DNA of 64,000 bases from the human T2T-CHM13v2.0 reference genome, Homo sapiens. Both the position numbers and the translations under genes were made by a program. Shown piece after piece: positions 1 through 13,995 of this stretch (within the stretch, counting starts at the first letter, position 1; every line of letters begins with the position of its first letter). The notes beneath the pieces were generated by a model. It did not search any database and had not been told where the DNA came from. It worked only from the letters and a program-made list of their open reading frames with translations. The DNA lies in assembly GCF_009914755.1 (NCBI RefSeq), contig NC_060928.1; one strand, given 5' to 3'.

Positions 1-761
1 ATGGTTGAAAAGGATTTTTTTGAAGACTTAGGATAAGAAAGCACTGTTACATGCCAGTGAGAATTTGGTAAAAAGGGGGAGATCTATGGTGTAAGAGAGA
101 GAAAGAGGGAATAGTTGAAGAAATTATGTCCTCAAAGTGTAAGAGGGTATGATAGCTACAGCATAAGTAGAGGGGTTCAGCTTTAAGAGGAGCAGGGACA
201 AGTCTTCCATCATGATATGAAAATAGAAAAAAATGTAGTTTAAGAAGATTTAAAATTTAGTAGTGGGAATTTGAGATGCTCTCCTCTGATGGATCTGTCA
301 ATTTTTGCATATTTATTTCTTTGGAATCTGTTTTCTATTGAATTTGAGGGTGCTAATCTGATGATGGTTTTATTTTGTCAATTAGCTGGTCATCAAATAG
401 TTATCTGATAGCAATGGACTTGGGAAGACTTTGGGGAGTTGGTTTCTGGAACTACATCTATTGGGATAGGCAGCTGTGGTAGAGGAACCAGCTGTTAATA
501 ATGATAGAAGGTACCTCCTAGGAAGTAGAACACAATTGGCACATTTAGTGATAGATAATGGAAAGTTCAGGAGAGAAACTAGTGATGAAGGAATGGATTA
601 GAGCATAGCAAGATACATTCTATCAGGTGGGTTGAACATAGTAATTAGCAATCTATAATTAGCAATTTTGGTACATAGACTGGCATATAGTTTGTAGCAG
701 GAAAGCCTGCCATCAGTTAGCCTGTTCTCCCCAATTAACATTGGTTTAAGAGCACACTTCA

Positions 762-1067
762 GGCCAGGCACGGTGGCTCACACCTGTAATGCCAGCACTT
801 TGGGAGGCCAAAGCTGGTGGAGGTCAAAAGTTTGAGACCATCTTGGACAACATGGTGAAAACCCGTCTCTACTAAAAATACAAAAATTAGCTGGGCTTGG
901 TGGTGAGCGCCTGTAATTCCAGCTACTAGGGAAGCTGAGGCATGAGAATCACTTGAACCTGGGAGACAGAGGTTGCGGTGAGCCGAGATAGTGGCCATTG
1001 CACTCCTGCCTAGGAGACAAGAGCGAAACTCCATCTCAAAAAAACAAAACAAAACAACAACAAAAAA
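762..1067 (+). mobile_element. Alu (AluS type)
   Basis: GGCCAGGCACGGTGGCTCACACCTGTAAT start, dimeric body, A-rich tail. Confidence 0.95.
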
Positions 1068-1353
1068 ACAGACTTCAGTTCCAAGAATTTTAGAGAGAAG
1101 GCATTAAAGGCATTAGAATGGCAAGAGTAAGGCAGGCCTTATCCTAGCTTTCTGGGGAGATCACTGAGATAGTAAATTCGGCATAGAAAATAAGATGTGA
1201 ATCACTTTACCAGGACTGGCATGTTAATTTGGGAGGTGGTCTTACAAATAATGCAGGGGTTTAGTTCCTACTATAAGGATCCATGTTTTCTGAGGTCTGA
1301 AGTTTTTACATATGGGTAGGCTTTCTATAAGTGGGTATGAAAGGAAATATTTT

Positions 1354-1651
1354 GCTAGACGAGGTGGCCCATGCCTGTAATCCCAGTACTTTGGGAGGCT
1401 GAGGTGGGAGGATCACTTGAGGCCAGGAGTTTTGAGACCAGCCTGGGCAACATAATGAGACCCTTTCTCTACAAGAATAAAAATAAAAAAATTAGCCAGG
1501 CATAGGAGTGCACGCCTGCAGTCCCAGTTACTTAGGAGGCTAAGGCAGAAGGATTGCTTGAGCTCAGGAGTTGGAGGTTGCAGTGAGCTATTATCACACC
1601 TCTCCAACCTGGGTGAAAGAGCGAGACCCTATCTCTGACAACAACAAAAAA
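1354..1651 (+). mobile_element. Alu (AluJ type)
   Basis: Diverged dimeric Alu with ggaggatcacttgaggccaggag. Confidence 0.9.
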
Positions 1652-2149
1652 CTAAAACATTATACTAACGAATACCACAAACATCATTAAATCTATAAAA
1701 AATAATGTAATATTTTCTTATTAACTGCTTGACATAACTCTAAAGTACTTTTTTTCTTCTAAAATATTTTGGCTGCATGCTACTTGATTATATTTTAGTA
1801 TAGCAATATTTTATAATACCATTTTTTATACATTGATAGCTTCGAAAGGTTTCTTTCAGTTTTACAACTATTTATTACTAATGACATCCTAGCATGAAAT
1901 CTGACACATTGCAATGCATAAAAAATATGTATTTGCTGTTTCTAGTACTGCTATGGTTTTGTGCCCTAGAAGCACAGGAATTCTCATAAATTGGATCTTG
2001 TACATTTCCAATCAAAAGAAAAAAATGTAGGGGGGTTTATAGTTGTATACGCTGCTGCATTGTTCAGTGTACTTCTGAAAAGAGAGAATTTCCATTTTGA
2101 CTAGGATTTGATAAGGACCAAATCTATTCCTTATGCTTTTCCTGCTAAG

Positions 2150-2735
2150 TATATTAATTTTCTATTGTTGCAAAACAAATCACCACAAACTTAGTGTCTT
2201 AAAACAATACATGTTTATCTCATAGCTTGTATGGGTAGGGAGTCCAGGTACAAACTGAATCTTTTGCTCAGGGTTTCACTGGGCTATAATCAAGGTGCTT
2301 GCAGACTGCGTGCTTATCTGGAGGTTTGACAAAGGAAGAATCCACTTCTAGGCTTTTTCAGGATGCTGGAAGAATTCATTTCTCTGTCTGACTGAAGGCC
2401 CTAGCTTCTTACTGGCTGTCCACTGGGGGCTACTCTCAGGTCCTAGAGGCTGTCCACAATTCTCTGCCACATAGCTCTCTGCAAAGGCATTTTACAATAT
2501 GACTGTTTGCTTAAGGGTGAATTTCTCACTTCAGTTTGCTAAGATAGTCTTATATAATGTAATGTAATCACAGGGCTGATATCCTAGCACCTTTTCTTGA
2601 TAATGTAACCTGATTAAGGAATGACATCATTAATTTGCCATAGGCAAAGTATGATTGAAAGCAAGTCACAGGTTCCAATCATGCTCAAAGAAAGGGGATT
2701 ATATAAGGGCATACCTTATTGGGAATCACCTTTGG
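2150..2735 (-). mobile_element. MaLR LTR (MLT1 family)
   Basis: acaaatcaccacaaacttagtgtcttaaaacaa and ggaagaatccacttctaggc motifs typical of reverse-oriented MLT1. Confidence 0.65.
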
Positions 2736-4242
2736 GTGTACATGTACAATAATTTTCCATGGAGAAGCTTCTGTACATTTTGTGTCTTGTTTTCTTCTCA
2801 CCACTTACATGGTTCTGCTGCCATAGGTCTAGACACATTGATATCATGATATGACCTCTGGCCCTACACTTTCCTGTCACTATGCCAGGTAAGTCACTAT
2901 AGTAGGTATTTTTTCTAGTATTATGCCTGGAAGTTTCTTGCAATGGTTAGCAACGACTTAGCTCAACATGAAAGCGACCAGGAACCACATGCTATCCCTC
3001 TAGAGTCAATCTAAAGATATTCTTAATTCAAATTCCCCTTGGCTGGGTCCCAAAAGTACACATGGCCATCTCAATACCACTTCATCTGAGGGGAAGGGTG
3101 ACAGAGGGAAAGCAAGAGTGGAAAGAGACAGTCTTAACCAATTGCAATTAAAATACTTTTTTTGGTGTGGGTTTTATAAAAACATGTGACCACGTGAAAA
3201 CATATTTTCCAGGGCCCCAAGAGTGGACTGAAATAAGTGAGGAATTTGGAAATTAAGTTTCATTAGCTTTATAGGAAATCCATTTCAATTTGCCATTTAT
3301 TTATTAACTTACTCGATAATTGTTCTCTGAATCTGAAGTGATGGCCAGAATTTTTAAAAAGTGTGAACATTTCTTATCCAATGAACTAGTTATAAAATCA
3401 AACAAATAAATGAAGAAAAAAACAGGAGCCAAGAGTTCCCAAGAAAGTAAGTAATTAGGCAGAACCTATCCGCTATACATCAGATAAAGATTCTAACCAC
3501 TAGAGTTTAAAATATTTGGATTTAATTCATGAAAAACAATGAAAATCCTTTCCTTTCCCTTAGAGCTACATTTATTGTGCAATCATTGTGCTTCAGGGCT
3601 TCATTTAGTTTTTATGCATTGTATTTAAATTATGTGCTACTTAAATTTGTGGCATATGTAGTTTAAATTTTGTTTTGAAAAGTTAATTGGTGATTATTGC
3701 AAGGACTGCAGTTTTCTGACCCAAAAGGTCTATTTTTCTCTCTTCCTCCTCCCCACCCCAAAAATAAAAAATAAAAAAAGCCTTCAATTTTTTTTAGTTA
3801 TCAGATTGCTGAGTGTTCAGGGAAACTGAACACTGTCCCACAAGACAAATTATTCCTTTAAAGTATTCGAGATAATCTTTGCTAGTGATTTGTTTAGGGT
3901 CAGTCATGTGTCCCAGTTCTAGCCAATTTAAGGGGAAGTACTGAGAGTTATGGGAAAGAGAGATCCATAATGAGAAGTGACCCTTTCTTTCTGCCTTTGA
4001 CCCCTAGAATGGTGACAGCCAACTTCTAGTCAGGAAAAAAAAAAAAAGCCTAGTATAATCAGAGAAGCTGACTCAAAGCTCTGACTTAACTGATTCTGCA
4101 TGTCTACCTCTGCACATCCTATAACATGAGATGGAAAAATGCCACTTCTAGTTTGACATTTTTATTCCTTACAACAGAACACCTTCTAATAGAAACAATG
4201 ATGTATAAAATAAAAGTCAGACAAACACACACACATATAACA

Positions 4243-4248
4243 TTTATT
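4243..4248 (-). terminator. Probable distal polyadenylation signal of GNRHR
   Basis: TTTATT on the plus strand; the downstream minus-strand sequence tatatgtgtgtgtgtttgtctgactttt resembles a GU-rich downstream element. Confidence 0.6.
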
Positions 4249-5358
4249 ATGTTTTCTCTTAATACACATGCAATATGAGTTCATTTTGGGAATTTGGAAT
4301 TACAGGAATTCACAAGGAAGAAATTTTTAAGAAATCATGCAGATAACTATATTAACAGTTTTCATATATGTTTATCTATTGCTGCTATGCATACATTTTA
4401 TATAACTTTTAAAGTTAGACTAATTGTTTTAAACTTGATTCCTAATAATCATAAAAATGATAAGCAAGATTATATTGAATCTGATTTTTTTTCTTTTAAA
4501 ATTTCTTTTATTCATATGAGCACAATGTATAGTAATTAGAGAAGCCCAAGGCATTGGTTCAATGTAGGAAAGTGGACCACAGGTAAAATAGATGGAGTTC
4601 TAGAAGTATTTTAACTGCCTAAAAACATTATCTCTTCATGACTACCACCTAAGTTCTAAGACAAAGTCACTCTCAGGAAATTTCAGACTAATTTATGCTA
4701 TGTTCCCTGGTAGATAATGTTTGTGGTACCTTCCCCAGAGTATTTTTTTAGCTACTATATTTCTATATTTCTGTTGAATAGGCTTAAATTGAACTAATGT
4801 AGGCTTTGTTTAATTTATTGTCATTAGTTAATGTCACTCCTGTACTAAACTGAATTGCTAAAAGAAATTCCATTTTTAACTAGTTTTATAGGCTAAGTAA
4901 AGGAAGAGAAACCAAGATAGAATCTCCAATATCTGATATATTAGATTGACTCTGTGGAACATTTCCTTTTTTACAAGGAGTCCTCACCTTTTATTATAAT
5001 AGGACATAAAATAAATGATTGTAATATCAAATATGAAATATTGTCTGTTGAGTGGAATATCTTTAATTTCAAAGCCATATTTATCTTTTGTGCCATAAAT
5101 TTTAGTTTATATATTACATTATAATGTATAGATTATACATTATAATTTATGAACCATAATATTCATATAGAATAATTATTTGTGTTATGTTTTTTATTAC
5201 ATATTGAACCTTAAGAGAGTTTGTTGGTTTGAAAACAATAAGCATATTGAAGCAATCTTGTTTCAATATTTACATTTTTATGTTTGCATATAAATAGATG
5301 AATAGATTATGTTATATTTTTATTGTAATAGATTTCTTTATATATATACAAAGTCAAC

Positions 5359-5523
5359 TAGGACTTCTTAACCTTTTTTTGTGCTATGAGCTGCTGTGGC
5401 AGTCTGGTCCATCCCTCTCAGGACTGTGTTTTTAAATGCATAAAATAATACAAATAGGACTAAAATAAAAAATACATTGAAATATATATATTTTTTGCAT
5501 GAAATGTAGGTTAAGAACCCCTG
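5359..5523 (+). mobile_element. hAT-Charlie MITE (Charlie4z-like) in the GNRHR 3' UTR, copy 1
   Basis: Terminal inverted repeats ...ttcttaacc and ggttaagaacccctg, about 165 bp apart. Confidence 0.6.
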
Positions 5524-6401
5524 AGTCAAGATTTCGAATAGCCCTTTAGTTAATGTGTAAAAAAAAAAAATGCCTGAGGCAATTCCTAAGACAGAGAGAT
5601 CCATAATGAGCACACAAGAAGAACCAAGCTGAGATACATTCGTTAACACGTGTGTGATAAAGCCCTTAGATTGTATCTGTACAAGTGTGTTATTTTTGAT
5701 TTTAAATCCAGAAGTAAGAATTATCAGTTTAGGAATAAGTATATGATAGAGACTTAGAGGACACTGGTTTTGTTTCAACTTATCTACATCCCTGTGTTAT
5801 CTACAAGAACTATAAAATCTTGGAATGGGTTTATGTGCCAACTTGAGCATTTTAGCACACTACAGAATTTTAGCCTTGTCCAATTCAACTGTAGAACTGG
5901 GCCATGAATTGGTTAATTAAAGGTATGAGTTTAATGGAAAAGAAGCTATGAATGAAAGAGTGAGTAGACAGAGGGAGTTCAATTGAGACAGAATTGGAAA
6001 GTAAGGTAGGATATGAAAAAAACAACAACACAACACTATAAAACTGAAGTATGAGAGGAGAAAATCAAAGAAAGAAAGGACGTGCCATTAGTTGGCAATT
6101 TGCTTTCCATAATACCACACACCTGGAGTATTTAGAAATTACATTTCATCTTTTTTTGTGGCAGTACATAGCTCATATAAATATAATGGTATCTTACCTA
6201 TTTAAAAAATGTTAAATGGCTTAATTTCTTTTAAGACTCTTATGTTTTTCACATTAAATGGGTATTATACTCCCATTATTTTCATCCCTTTCCATTTTTC
6301 ATGGAAGAGGTAGACACAAGCCTGAATTACATAAAGAGGTCTTGTTGTGCAGACATATTTTGGAAACCATACTATTTAATGTGAATATCAGTAGGTGTTA
6401 G

Positions 6402-6545
6402 TTGTGCCATGGGCTGCTGTGGCAGTCTAGTCTATCCCCTTAAGATTGTGTTTTTTAAATGCACAAAATAATACAAATAGGGCTGAAATAAAAACATTAC
6501 ATGGAAATATAGTGTTGTGCATAGACTGCAGGTTAAGAAACCCTG
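6402..6545 (+). mobile_element. hAT-Charlie MITE (Charlie4z-like), copy 2 with the left end missing
   Basis: Aligns by eye to 5380-5523; ends ggttaagaaaccctg. Confidence 0.55.
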
Positions 6546-7589
6546 CATCAAGATCTTTCCCTCCTTCCCCTGACATGTTCTGTCTTCTTTGATCTGTACA
6601 GACTGAAGCTGTAGTTTTCTCTCCAGAGTTCCTTTTGTGTATCAAGCATCTTTTTGCTTGTGCATTTGCTTAATTTTGTTTTAATTATTCTCAGTTATTT
6701 ATGAAATATGGATTTAGTAAGATCAGGAGAGAGACAAAAAATTCTTCACATTAAAATAGAAGTCATACTATGCATAGAGCGTACTCACTATGAGTATTTT
6801 CTTAGTTGCATTTGGAAACATTGTTATTTTATGGCAATTAATTGCCACAAACTCCACAGACTAGATAGCTTAGAGGAATGTTCTAAACCCCTGTCCAAAT
6901 CCTAACCCCTCTAAAATTTCCCTTTATATAGAGATACTTCACAACCTGTACCACATAAATAGGATGAAGGAGAACTACTCATAGTCTTGTCAGGTTGCTG
7001 GAGTGGTTGGTGGGATTGGTTACTGACTCCTCCAAATGTCAGAATGCTTTTGAAGCCAAAGAGAAAAATAGATTCATTTTTTTTCTTTTTAACTATAGGA
7101 GGGAAAGTTGATATTATGGGCAAAGGGCTCTGTGCTCTATGTATTATATAGCATACAACTCTAATTGCTAATATGCCCCTTTTGGAGAAAAACTCACCAA
7201 AGCATGCTGAGTTTAGACCTGTGTTGTGGTTTCTCACCTTTGTTTTTTTGGCATCCTTGTGCCTTAGGCTGAAGGTATTTTAAATATTAGTACATTATTA
7301 TGCAAAGAGAAAGTGATAAGAAACCTACATAATGTGTTATATGAGGTCAGAAAAGGCAGAGATTAATTTAGAAGCTTATGAGGAAGAGAAAATATTTTAG
7401 TATTTTTCCTGAAGACTTTTCCTTAATAATTGAGGCTCTGAAGACTGAGTTTCTAAAAGAATGATAACTTAAGTGTAAATCCTACTTTGTTTGTATGTAA
7501 ACATGCTCCAACATTTGTGTTAATCATTCCCAGATGGAGAGATTCATTACCTTACCCTTCTTCATATGACTTCTTGTGTAGTCTATCAA

Positions 7590-7834
7590 TCACAGAGAAA
7601 AATATCCATAGATAAGTGGATCAAAGCATGGGTTTAAAAAGGCAAAGAGAAAGAAGAAGTGATTTACTGGGTCTGACAACCTGTTTAACATTTCAGGATC
7701 AAACCAATACCAAATTCCTAGGACATAGTAGGGAGTCCAGCAGACAGTAAATGAAGTGGCAAATGCAACCGTCATTTTTAGAGTCTTCAGCCGTGCTCTT
7801 GGTATATTGTTCTTGGACTGATTCAGTTGTAGTT
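7590..7834 (-). CDS. GNRHR: GnRH receptor coding exon 3 (aa 248-328; TM6, TM7, stop)
   Basis: Acceptor cag|AACTACAA at 7834. Encodes (E)LQLNQSKNNIPRARLKTLKMTVAF...CWTPYY...NPCFDPLIYGYFSL with TGA at 7592-7590. Total CDS 987 nt. Confidence 0.99.
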
Positions 7835-8159
7835 CTGTTGGATAGAGAAAAGAGCAGGTGTTTAAAGATCAGTTTTCTTACAAAACCAAAGTGGACAAAA
7901 AGGAAGACAGCATCACTAATTCAACTTAATCAATGGGAGAAAATTTCCATTATTTTAAATAATAATAATTTGTTTGAAAAGCATGTTTTAATAAGAGTTT
8001 TCCACTATGTCACATAATGAATAGAAAAGTTTGAAGATGATAGTGCTCTTATTTCTGCCAAAGTAATCTGGATTTGAAATATGGGGTACTCAAACTCTTA
8101 ACATATAAATTTAAAAGAGTAGATGAGGTTGAGCTCAGTTGAATTCTTTCTTAAAAAAA

Positions 8160-9453
8160 TTATTTTTTTATTTTAATAGGTTTTTTTGGGGACTGATGGT
8201 GTTTGGCTATATGAATAAGTTCTTTGGTGGTGAGTTCTGAGATCTCGGTGGACCCATCACCTGAGCAGTGTACGCTGTACCAAATGTGTAGTCTTTTATC
8301 CCTTGCCACCCCCAACCCTTTCCCCTGAGTTTCCAAAGTCCAGTGTATCATTGTTATGCCTTTGCATCATCATAGCTTAGCTCCCACATATGAATGAGAA
8401 CATATGATGTTTGGTTTTCTATTCCTGAGTTACTTCACTTAGAATAATAGTCTCCAATTCTATCCAGGTTGCTGCAAATGCCATTATTTTGTTCCTTTTT
8501 TATGGCTGAGCAGTATTCTATAGTACATATATACCACATTTTTTTATTCACTCATTGATTGATGGGCATTTGGGCTGGTTCTGTGTTTTTGCAATTGCAA
8601 ACTGTGCTGCTATGAACATTCCTGTGCAAGTATCTTTTTCATATAATGCCTTTTTTCCCTCCTGGGTAGATACCTAGTAGTGGGATTGCTGGATCAAACG
8701 ATGGTTCTACTTTTAGTTCTTTAAGGAATCTCCACACTGTTTTCCATGGTGGTTGTACTAGTTAACATTCCCACCAACAGTGTAAAAGTGTTCCCTTTTC
8801 ACTGCATCCCTGCCAACATCTATTATTTTTTGATTTTTTGATTATGGCCATTCTTGCAGGAGTGAGGTGGTATCACATTGTGGTTTTGATTTGCATTTCC
8901 CTGATCATTAGTGATGTTGAGCATTTTCCCCTATGCTTCTTGGCCATTTGTATATCTTCTTTTGAGAATTGTCTATTCATGTCCTTAGCCCACTTTTCGA
9001 TGGGATTGTTTGTTTTCTTCTTGCTGATTTGTTTGAGTTCTTTGTAGATTCTGGGTATTAGTCCTTTGTCAGATGGACAGATTGTGAAGATTTTCTCCCA
9101 CTCTGTGGGCCGTCTGTTAACTCTGCTGATTATTTCTTTTGCTGTGCAGAAGCTTTTTAGTTTAATGAAGTCCCATCTATTTATCTTTGTTTTTGTTGCA
9201 TTTGGTTTTGGGCTCTTGGTCAGGAAGTCTTTGCCTAAGCCAGTGTCTTAAAGGGTTTTTCCAATGTTATCTTCTAGAATCTTTATGGTTTCAGGTCTTA
9301 GATTTCAGTCTTTGATCCATCTTGAGTTGATTTTTGTGTAGGATGAGAGATGAGGATCCAGTTTCATTCTTCTACACATGGCTAGCCAATTATCCCAGCA
9401 CCATTTGTTGAATAGGATGTCCTTTCCCCACTGTATGTTTTTGTTTGCTTTGT
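8160..9453 (-). mobile_element. 5'-truncated LINE-1 3' end (L1PB-like) in GNRHR intron 2
   Basis: T-rich tail at the left end, L1 3' UTR and antisense ORF2 C-terminus (gctgtgcagaagctttttagttt); degenerate gaattct target-site duplication (TSD). Confidence 0.9.
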
Positions 9454-10071
9454 GAATTCTGACTTCAAAACAAAATTATGTTCACTGAGTATCTCTGCCA
9501 CTAAGGATAGTAAGTATCATATGTGGATGAAAGTGTACTACCCCAAATTATCTATCTCAACTGTGTGCTTCTTTCTATGATATCTGAAATAATTTCACTT
9601 TTCATATTAATACAGCCATTAAAGTTCATAGGTTACACTTGTGAAGAAATTTGCTGGAAATTAATGGAATTGCTGACTTTTTACAGTCAGGCTGCCTACC
9701 TGAAATTTTGGACTTAGTTCTTAAAGGTAAAAAGGTGCAATTTTGAAGTGCTCAAAATCTGTTCTTGTATTTCATAATCGAGAACTTCTGTGTCAAGTAA
9801 GAAATACTCTTCACACACTATATTTTTTTTGAGGGAAACAGATAGTGCTATTCAGAAATAGTCATTCTGAAATTTCTTATTAATTGGTCACCAAAGGGTG
9901 GACATATAGAGGAGAACATTTACATGCATGGTGTTTTAATTATAAAATTAATTTTTATCTAGAAATATTAAAGTAATTTATTAAATACAGACTGATTATG
10001 GATTTTTAGCAGACAAAACCAATTACTGTTTACTCTGTGCCTTGAGGCCTTGCTCTTTTCACATACTATTC

Positions 10072-10361
<290 letters not shown>

Positions 10362-11677
10362 TTCACACACTATCGTTTAATCCTCAATATCTGTAAACTT
10401 TGGTGACACATCCATTTAAAATTCAAAAAACCATCTTGGCTTAGCACATGACTGAAAATGAAAAAATATCAAGGCAACCACAACATGTCATGCTTTTTCT
10501 TCTTTTGAAACATCATCACAGTTGATAATTGGTTTACTGTTTATGACTTTTCTGCTAGACTGTAGTCTCCATGAAAGCAGGATACTTACTAGGTTTTTCT
10601 TATTCACCATGGTATCCCCACCTAGCACAGTTTCCAGCAACATTGAGTAGTCAGTATGTATTAATCAAATAAATAAAATAATAAATAAATAAATGTGTTC
10701 ATAATATTTATTGCTTCCTGCCTCTGCTTTTTTGTTTTTCTGCTTATGTACTGCTCATATTTCTTCAGATTAACTCCTATTTGAGATCCACCTTCTTATT
10801 TTCCCTCTACCCTTCTTAGATATCGCTTATAAAATGGAATCTCTCGAGATAAGATTTTGAAGGCAAATTGTTCTTGCAGTATACTTTTTTGGAAATATTA
10901 AATACCATTTTGTGCTGGCAGGTGGAAACTGCCCAATTCCCTATTAGAGAGCATCACCATGAATATTTTCTTTTGAAAATATCTACTGAGACTATTCATG
11001 CTATAATAATTAAGATGATTTCCCTGATAAGTTGTACCAGATATAACTTATGCACTATGTCATTGATAACACGTCTTTTGGATGTCATGCCAACATAACA
11101 ATGTTTATTTCATGAATTTATAAATTTTAGTTTTTGGGAATGCACCATTTTACTAAAGCAAAAAAGGTACAAACACATGTGTGAAGTTTTGAATGAAATA
11201 ATCATTTACATAGTCAATATTTCGCATATTAACATACACACAAATGTGCATAGTTTATGTCGTGTAAATATATGGGATTTGAATATAAAATGAAACAGCT
11301 TACTTTAGCTAATTTATTGGATAGCATTTAACAAGTTGTACTTTGCTATAGTCTAGATATCACAATTTGTACTTGCTGCCCAGCAGAAACCATTTGCCAA
11401 TTCTTATCCTGGGTTTTAATGGAATAATCATTCTTTCTTATTTAATTTCATGGTGCAAATGTAGAACAGCAGAAGATATTAAGTAACCTTATCTGTAAAT
11501 TGATTATGATAAAACCATAATAAAAATATTACCTTATGGGGTGATTGTGAATATTAAATGAGCTAATATATGCAAACTGCTTAGAACAGTATCTGTCACA
11601 TAGTTCATGCCACTCTGTTTTGAGCATTGCTATTTAAAAACTGCCCACAAATGACACTAACTCTAAGGAATACATAC

Positions 11678-11897
11678 CGTGGGGGTCCTGATGAAGGACC
11701 CGTGTCAGGGTGAAGATGATTTTTGCATTGCAGATCAGCATGATGAAAAGAGGGATGATGAAGAGGCAGCTGAAGGTGAAAAAGTTATAAAATGCTTGAT
11801 GCCACCATTGTGAAAAACTGCAGTGTGTTACACATTGAGAGAAAACTTTTGTCTGTCCAGAGCTGTCTGCTAGATGAATCATCCTGAAGATGTATAA
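11678..11897 (-). CDS. GNRHR: GnRH receptor coding exon 2 (aa 175-248; ECL2, TM5, part of ICL3)
   Basis: Acceptor cag|TTATAC at 11897 and donor CACG|GTATGT at 11677. 220 nt encoding LYIFRMIHLADSSGQTKVFSQC...HQDPH; in phase with exons 1 and 3. Confidence 0.99.
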
Positions 11898-12329
11898 CTG
11901 TATGAGACAATAAAAAGCTATGTTACTTTTTTCCATATGGTATTTGAAAGTTTTCTCTTTGGTACTCTGCTAGCCTTCTAACATGTTACCTAAAGCAATT
12001 TCTAAGCTCCTTAGTGTTATACTTCTGACGTTTCTATGAAAAGTCATGTGAATATTTACTTAAAATATGTTTGGGTAAGTGTCAATAGATCTGTAAGATT
12101 TTGGATTTTTTAGAAATTATTTCAACCTTGAAGAATAATCATCCCTCAAGGATTTAAACGTTGTTTGTATTTCAGTTTCCAGTACAATTATGCTGAGTAA
12201 ACTTTTTGCAAGTGATTTTGCTCATAAGTTATATCTGCAGTAACTACAACTGTGTCTGGCACTTAAAATGTACCCCCCAAAATACATATTTAAATTTTAT
12301 TTTAGAGACAGAAGCCCTATTAAAATGAC

Positions 12330-13455
12330 ATTTTAAAAAATGGTCAAAAGACATGAAGAGACAGTTGCTCAAAGAATGATGGAATATGTCAAAACAAAAC
12401 AAAAAAAAACAAACAAAACAACCCAGGAACCAGCTGAAAAGAGCTTCCACTGGCCAAATCTGGGGCAGTTTAAGCATTAAAATACAAAAAAGAAACTGAT
12501 CTAAAAGAATGAGAAACTATTGAATAAAGTATGAGCCCATACTTATAAAAATTACAAGATAACAAAAACAACAAATAAATGGGGGGAGAAAAACCTCTTC
12601 CATAATGTAGAATGCCAACTAATAAATGAAAAGGAATAAACGGAATTAGTGATTACCAAATGTTAATCACTATAATAAGTGATTACAGCAAGAATCATCA
12701 ATAGCTGGTAAAAATAGTGGGTGGAAGTTTGAGGAGAACAGGATGTTTACAAAATCTCAAAGTATCAGTCTGCAGGTTACTTATTCATTGTAAGGAATAC
12801 AATAATAACTTTACAGAAGAGAAATAGCTAGATAAGTATGTTAACATTGCCAATAATAGGACCTATTGACAATGTCTGTCTCCTTATGTAATGCATTGAG
12901 AACTTAGCATCACTAATTTGGTATTTTTGCTTAAAGTGTATAACCTGAATCTAACCTTGAGAGGACAAATCCCAACTGAGAGACATTTTACAAAATGACT
13001 GGTCTGCACTCTCCAAAAATGTCAATATCATGAAACACAAAGAAAGACTGAGAAATGGTTCCAGCTAAAAGAATACTAAAGAGGTATGCAACTGAATCCA
13101 CCACATAATCTTGGATTTTCTTTTGTTAAAAGGGCAAAAATTAAACCGGGATAACTTATGAGCTCTGAATAGAACATATAAATTAAATAGTGGTATTGTA
13201 TCAATGTTAAATTTCTTATTTTGACAATCATTACTGTGGCTGTGTGTGAGAGGCCTTAAACACACATTGAAGTATTGAGGGGTAAAGAAAAATCATGTCT
13301 ACAGCTTACTTTTAAGCAATTGGGAAAAAGTAGATAAGATAAAATAAATAAGCAAATGTAAAATATTAATATTTGAGAAAATCTGGGTGAAGGTATCCAG
13401 AAATATGTATGATTCTTGTAACCATTCTCTGAGTGTCAAATTATTTTTAAAAAGC
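12330..13455 (+). mobile_element. Old LINE-1 3' fragment (L1MC-like) in GNRHR intron 1
   Basis: aaaaatgtcaatatcatgaaacacaaagaaagactgagaaa and gtattgtatcaatgttaaatttct motifs of L1M 3' UTRs. Confidence 0.65.
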
Positions 13456-13995
13456 CTTTATCCTACAACTTTTAAAAACACAAACTGAATCAACAATTAA
13501 GAAAATGTTGCAAGTAATTTTCAAAAATAAATTCTAGTGGACATTTATTCATTATTCCTCTATTCATTAAACACTTCTTACCTACTTATTTATAAGCTTT
13601 TCCCCTGAGAAGTTTCATTTTACTGTGAAACATTATTAAAATGAAATGATGAGAGTTTAAGCATTTTTAAATTGATAGCAAGTAAATTCAAACAAAAGTG
13701 TTACAATATTTTTTATTTTAAGCAAATGAGGGATTCCATTTTTTTAAAGTTTTTGATTGAATTAGAAAATTTTAATTACAATATTAAGAAACATGATTCT
13801 TTTCTACCCTACCAACAAAAAACACTATTAAATATTTTAAAAATACTTCATTTTTTTTTAAAAGGCATACTCCACTCCCACTCCCATCACCTCAAAAGGG
13901 AAAGAAACCTTGGCCCTGTTAAATAAGTTAAAAAGTTGATTTTCAGTTTCAGAGCTTTTTTCATTTTCAAGGGGAAAAAATGATTTTAAATTCAT

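Larger units (their letters stand above)
1272..3285 (+). mobile_element. Degenerate hAT-Tip100 (Zaphod/MER115-like) DNA transposon relic, interrupted by an Alu and a MaLR LTR
   Basis: Ends resemble recalled consensus termini (ggatccatgttttctgaggtctgaagtt... and ...aagtttcattagctttataggaaatcc). Confidence 0.4.
4225..7589 (-). other. GNRHR: GNRHR long AT-rich 3' UTR (end approximate)
   Basis: Follows the stop codon. AATAAA on the minus strand at 4248-4243 is followed by a GU/U-rich tract; other AATAAA hexamers lie nearer the stop. Confidence 0.7.

Noticed and set aside
759-1052. Alu-derived ORFs (also 10135, 25892, 38283, 45193, 51516, 53497, 61629 and others)
   Set aside because: Typical Alu translations ([31 protein letters not shown]); not genes.
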